Below, piece after piece: positions 61,139 through 64,000 of a stretch of 64,000 nucleotides of DNA. This DNA is from Moniliella sp. 'wahieum' (Eukaryota): contig RSEE01000066.1 of NCBI GenBank assembly GCA_003971905.1, positions 310,001 through 374,000 on the forward strand, written 5' to 3'. Below the pieces are notes generated by a model. It was given only the letters and a program-made list of their open reading frames with translations, was not told the origin of the DNA and searched no databases. Numbering within the stretch: the stretch's first letter is position 1; each line of letters starts with the position of its first letter. The position numbers were made by a program, and so were the translations under genes.

Positions 61139-62446
61139 TGGTGCCTCACACCAACCCCGTGCCCCGCCACACGATGCGATCCCTACAATCATATGCCACA
61201 GGCGGGAACAGCAGAGAGAGCTGTCATGGGCGAAAGTGCGGACGTGAGGACTATGGGCTCAAATGGAAGAGGGCAACCAAGGATTCCGTTCGTTCCTACT
61301 TATTATGACTGATGTTGACAGCAACCGCCACGCGTCTTCCATCGGGTTCTTCCACGCATTCGCACGGAAGCGATGCGATCGCTGTCACTTTTCCCACAGC
61401 GCCGTCTGATATCTACTACTGATCAACCATCTCTAGCCTCACAGCCACTCAAAAGCTGCACGACCTACCCTTCCATCTCACAGCGACGGTGGCGGGCCGT
61501 GCCGAACCGAGTCTCATTATTGGCATCGGATGTCGGCGCAGGGGGGGGCATCATCCCACATTATGCCTACTCCGACGAATGGAAGGGCAGAGGAGTACCT
61601 TGAACATGCAAAAGAAGCCCAAGTGCGACCATTGCCCTTGCCTCTCCTCCGCCATCCCCCTTTCGCAAAGCGTCAGTGACGTTGGACAGGTTAGCGTCGT
61701 TCTCCTTTCCAAGGATGCCCAACCCCCTTAGGGCCCTGGGCTACTTCACGGGCTCCCAGGTCACGTGAACTATTACCACCCAGCGAAGAGACGCTCTTCG
61801 GCAAGCCACCGCCCGTTTCTCTCTCCTCTGCGGTATCTGTTGGGATGAGAAAGCAGAGCGGTTTTGCCCCGCCTGGTTGGAGTCGCCGTGGCGCCAACGG
61901 CACGTAAACGTGACTGGCAGAGCCGTCTCATTGCCGTCGTTGCGCCAAGTTGACGAAGAGGGGTGTGTGGATGCGCACGTCAAGGTCTTGGCCTGGCGCC
62001 AACTAACTGACGCCCGCAAAAACCAGCCGTGTCGAGAGAAGAGAGAGCATTGTTGCCAATTCTACCACTTTTTACCTCTCTTCTTCCCCGTCTGGCCCAT
62101 GTGAAGCCAATCTAGCTGGGAACTGATGTGCTCCGTATAGACTTGAGATCTCCTGGGCATGCCGGTCGTTACCTCTGCTCGTCTCCGAAGCTAAAGTGGG
62201 AAGGGAACAACCGCTGTGGATCACTCGGTATTATAGGATGCACCCCCTCGCTCCGCCGCAAGGACTCAAATCCCAAAAACCACAATACACACGAAGAACC
62301 CTCAATCTTTCTCCTTGTTTAGCCTCGATCGATTTTGGCCTACCGAACTGGAAACCCCCCTGCCCCTCCCCAGCCGGTCACCTCATCTCCTCTGTCATAC
62401 CCTCACATCGCCTTTCCCTCTTGCACACCTTCTCTCCCATGTATCT

Positions 62447-62904
62447 ATGGCACAACCTACCTTGTTCCTACTACTCACAGCAGTCGCAGTCTCTCGAGCC
62501 TTCTCCTTTGGGTCACCATTCTCTTCTCTCGTTGCAGGCAAAGCGAGAACACTCGGATCCCGGTCATTCCACACCACTGCGCACTTTATCGCTATGTATG
62601 CTACCATGGAAGACACCTGTCCATTAGTCACCCCATGAATCCAAGAACGCCTCTTCTTCCCATTATACCCCCTCTTTCTTTTTCTTGTATCTGTCCCTAC
62701 AGAAATCGAGCGCGGAAGGGTCCCCTGCGCCCCAGACCACCCCTCGGCCGCTTCAACTTCATCCTGCATCACCTCGGATCTCCGGTACCTCGCGAGCTCA
62801 CGGAGCTCCCCGATCCAGTGGGAGGCAAAACATCAATGCAATGGGCATCCGAACCGCGTGTGGGTGGCCGTGCTACTCCGCCACCGAGTGGGCGCCGACG
62901 TTGA
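62447..62904 (+). CDS. Possible small secreted protein
   Basis: MAQPTLFLLLTAVAVSRA|FS looks like a signal peptide; candidate intron 62596..62702 (GTATGC..polypyrimidine..CAG); exon 2 frame ambiguous. Confidence 0.3.
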
Positions 62905-63466
62905 TCGCAACTTGTGGGCATAGGTTGGGTTTCTGTGCTTGTTTTCCCGTGTAATAATAGGAAGAAGTGTGAGGAGAGGGAGACGGCGACTGCTCTGCCC
63001 GCGGGATCATATAAGATCACCGGCCATGGGACGCGATGCATGAGGCTGGCGCGGACTAAAATTTAAAAAGCGCACGGGAGAGAAGCAGGGGCGCGGAGCG
63101 GGCCGCGCCCCAGTGCGCTGTCGCCCCCGGGCACCCAGGCACGGCGCCTGTGGGAGGTGACGGGCAGTGGGGCCGGCACGGGGCAGAGTGGCGCTGGGTG
63201 CGGCGCTGGGCGGCGGCGGCGCGCGGGGGCAGTGTGTGGCATGCGGCGCGCGCCCACATGGGCGGCGCTGGGGGCAACGGGGGCACGCAGCACGGCGCGG
63301 GGCGTGGGGCACGGGGGCACTGGGCGCGCCTCGGCTGGCGGCGCCCGCAGCGCTCGCCGCTGGCGCAAGTTCCGCCCCGGCAGGCCCACGCAGCCCAGCC
63401 CCCCCGCCGCCACGTGCCACCGCTTCCTTCCTCCCCACCACTGGCGCGTCTGCTCTGCTGTCCACC

Positions 63467-64000
63467 ATGTCTGCTGCCCAGCCGCCACCGCACGATCAAG
63501 TGTGCGTCGCTGCTCCTCTCCTCCTCTCCGCCGCCCCCCGCCCCCTGCTGACCCCCCCCCCCCCCAGGCGTCGTCGTTGGAGATGGCGCTGTGGGCAAGA
63601 CGTGCCTGCTCATCTCCTACACCACCAACTCCTTCCCCAGCGACTACATCCCCACTATCTTTGAGAACTACTCGGCCCAGGTCCTCGTCGATGGCCGACC
63701 CGTCGTCCTTGGCCTCTGGGACACGGCTGGCCAAGAGGACTATGACCGCCTGCGCCCGCTCACTACCCGCAAACCGACGTGTTCCTTATCTGCTTCAGCC
63801 TCGTCTCCCCCCGTCGTTTGAGAATGTGAAGAGCAAGTGGTGGCCCGAGATCACCCACCATGCGCCCCAGGTGCCCGCGTTGTTGGTCGGCACCAAGCTC
63901 GATCTTCGCGACGACCCCGAGACGTTGCAGAAGCTGCGTGACCGCCGTATGGCCCCCATCTCCTTTGCTCAGGGCTCTCAGCTGGCACGGGAAATTGGCG
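63467..64000 (+). CDS. RAC1: Rac-type Rho-family small GTPase (runs off window end)
   Basis: [71 protein letters not shown]; Trp56 is Rac-type; intron 63502..63567; 1-bp deletions. Confidence 0.88.

Noticed and set aside
1..64000. CRISPR arrays, rRNA, alternative genetic code, programmed frameshifting
   Set aside because: No spaced repeats or rRNA; conserved proteins translate normally with the standard code; frameshift sites share no slippery motif

Overview
Fungal (basidiomycete, probably Ustilaginomycotina) nuclear DNA. It is GC-rich and gene-dense, with short GT-AG introns carrying CTRAC branch sites. Almost every gene has several 1-bp frameshifts, mostly in homopolymers, which points to an unpolished long-read assembly rather than pseudogenes; gene models below are stitched across frames by eye. 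Recognisable genes: mitoribosomal bL19m, a DUF2423/LLPH-like protein, SREBP (Sre1), alpha-actinin, mitochondrial-type Ohr, Mmm1, Sog2, Vtc1, Iwr1, eL18, a Tra2-like SR protein, two mucin-like single-pass membrane proteins, Snx3, a membrane-anchored GH79, kinesin-1, an Msb1/Mug8-domain protein and a partial Rac GTPase. Signals the ORF track does not explain: a non-coding host gene with two intronic box C/D snoRNAs (snR75/U15-like and snR47/U36-like), a second apparently non-coding spliced locus with a long structured intron, an orphan protein with a degenerate bromodomain, a divergent HSBP1-like protein, a Rac with a Rho-type effector loop, and recurrent GTCACTAGT and CGCCTCAG intergenic motifs. 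All family assignments come from motif recognition; no searches were run.
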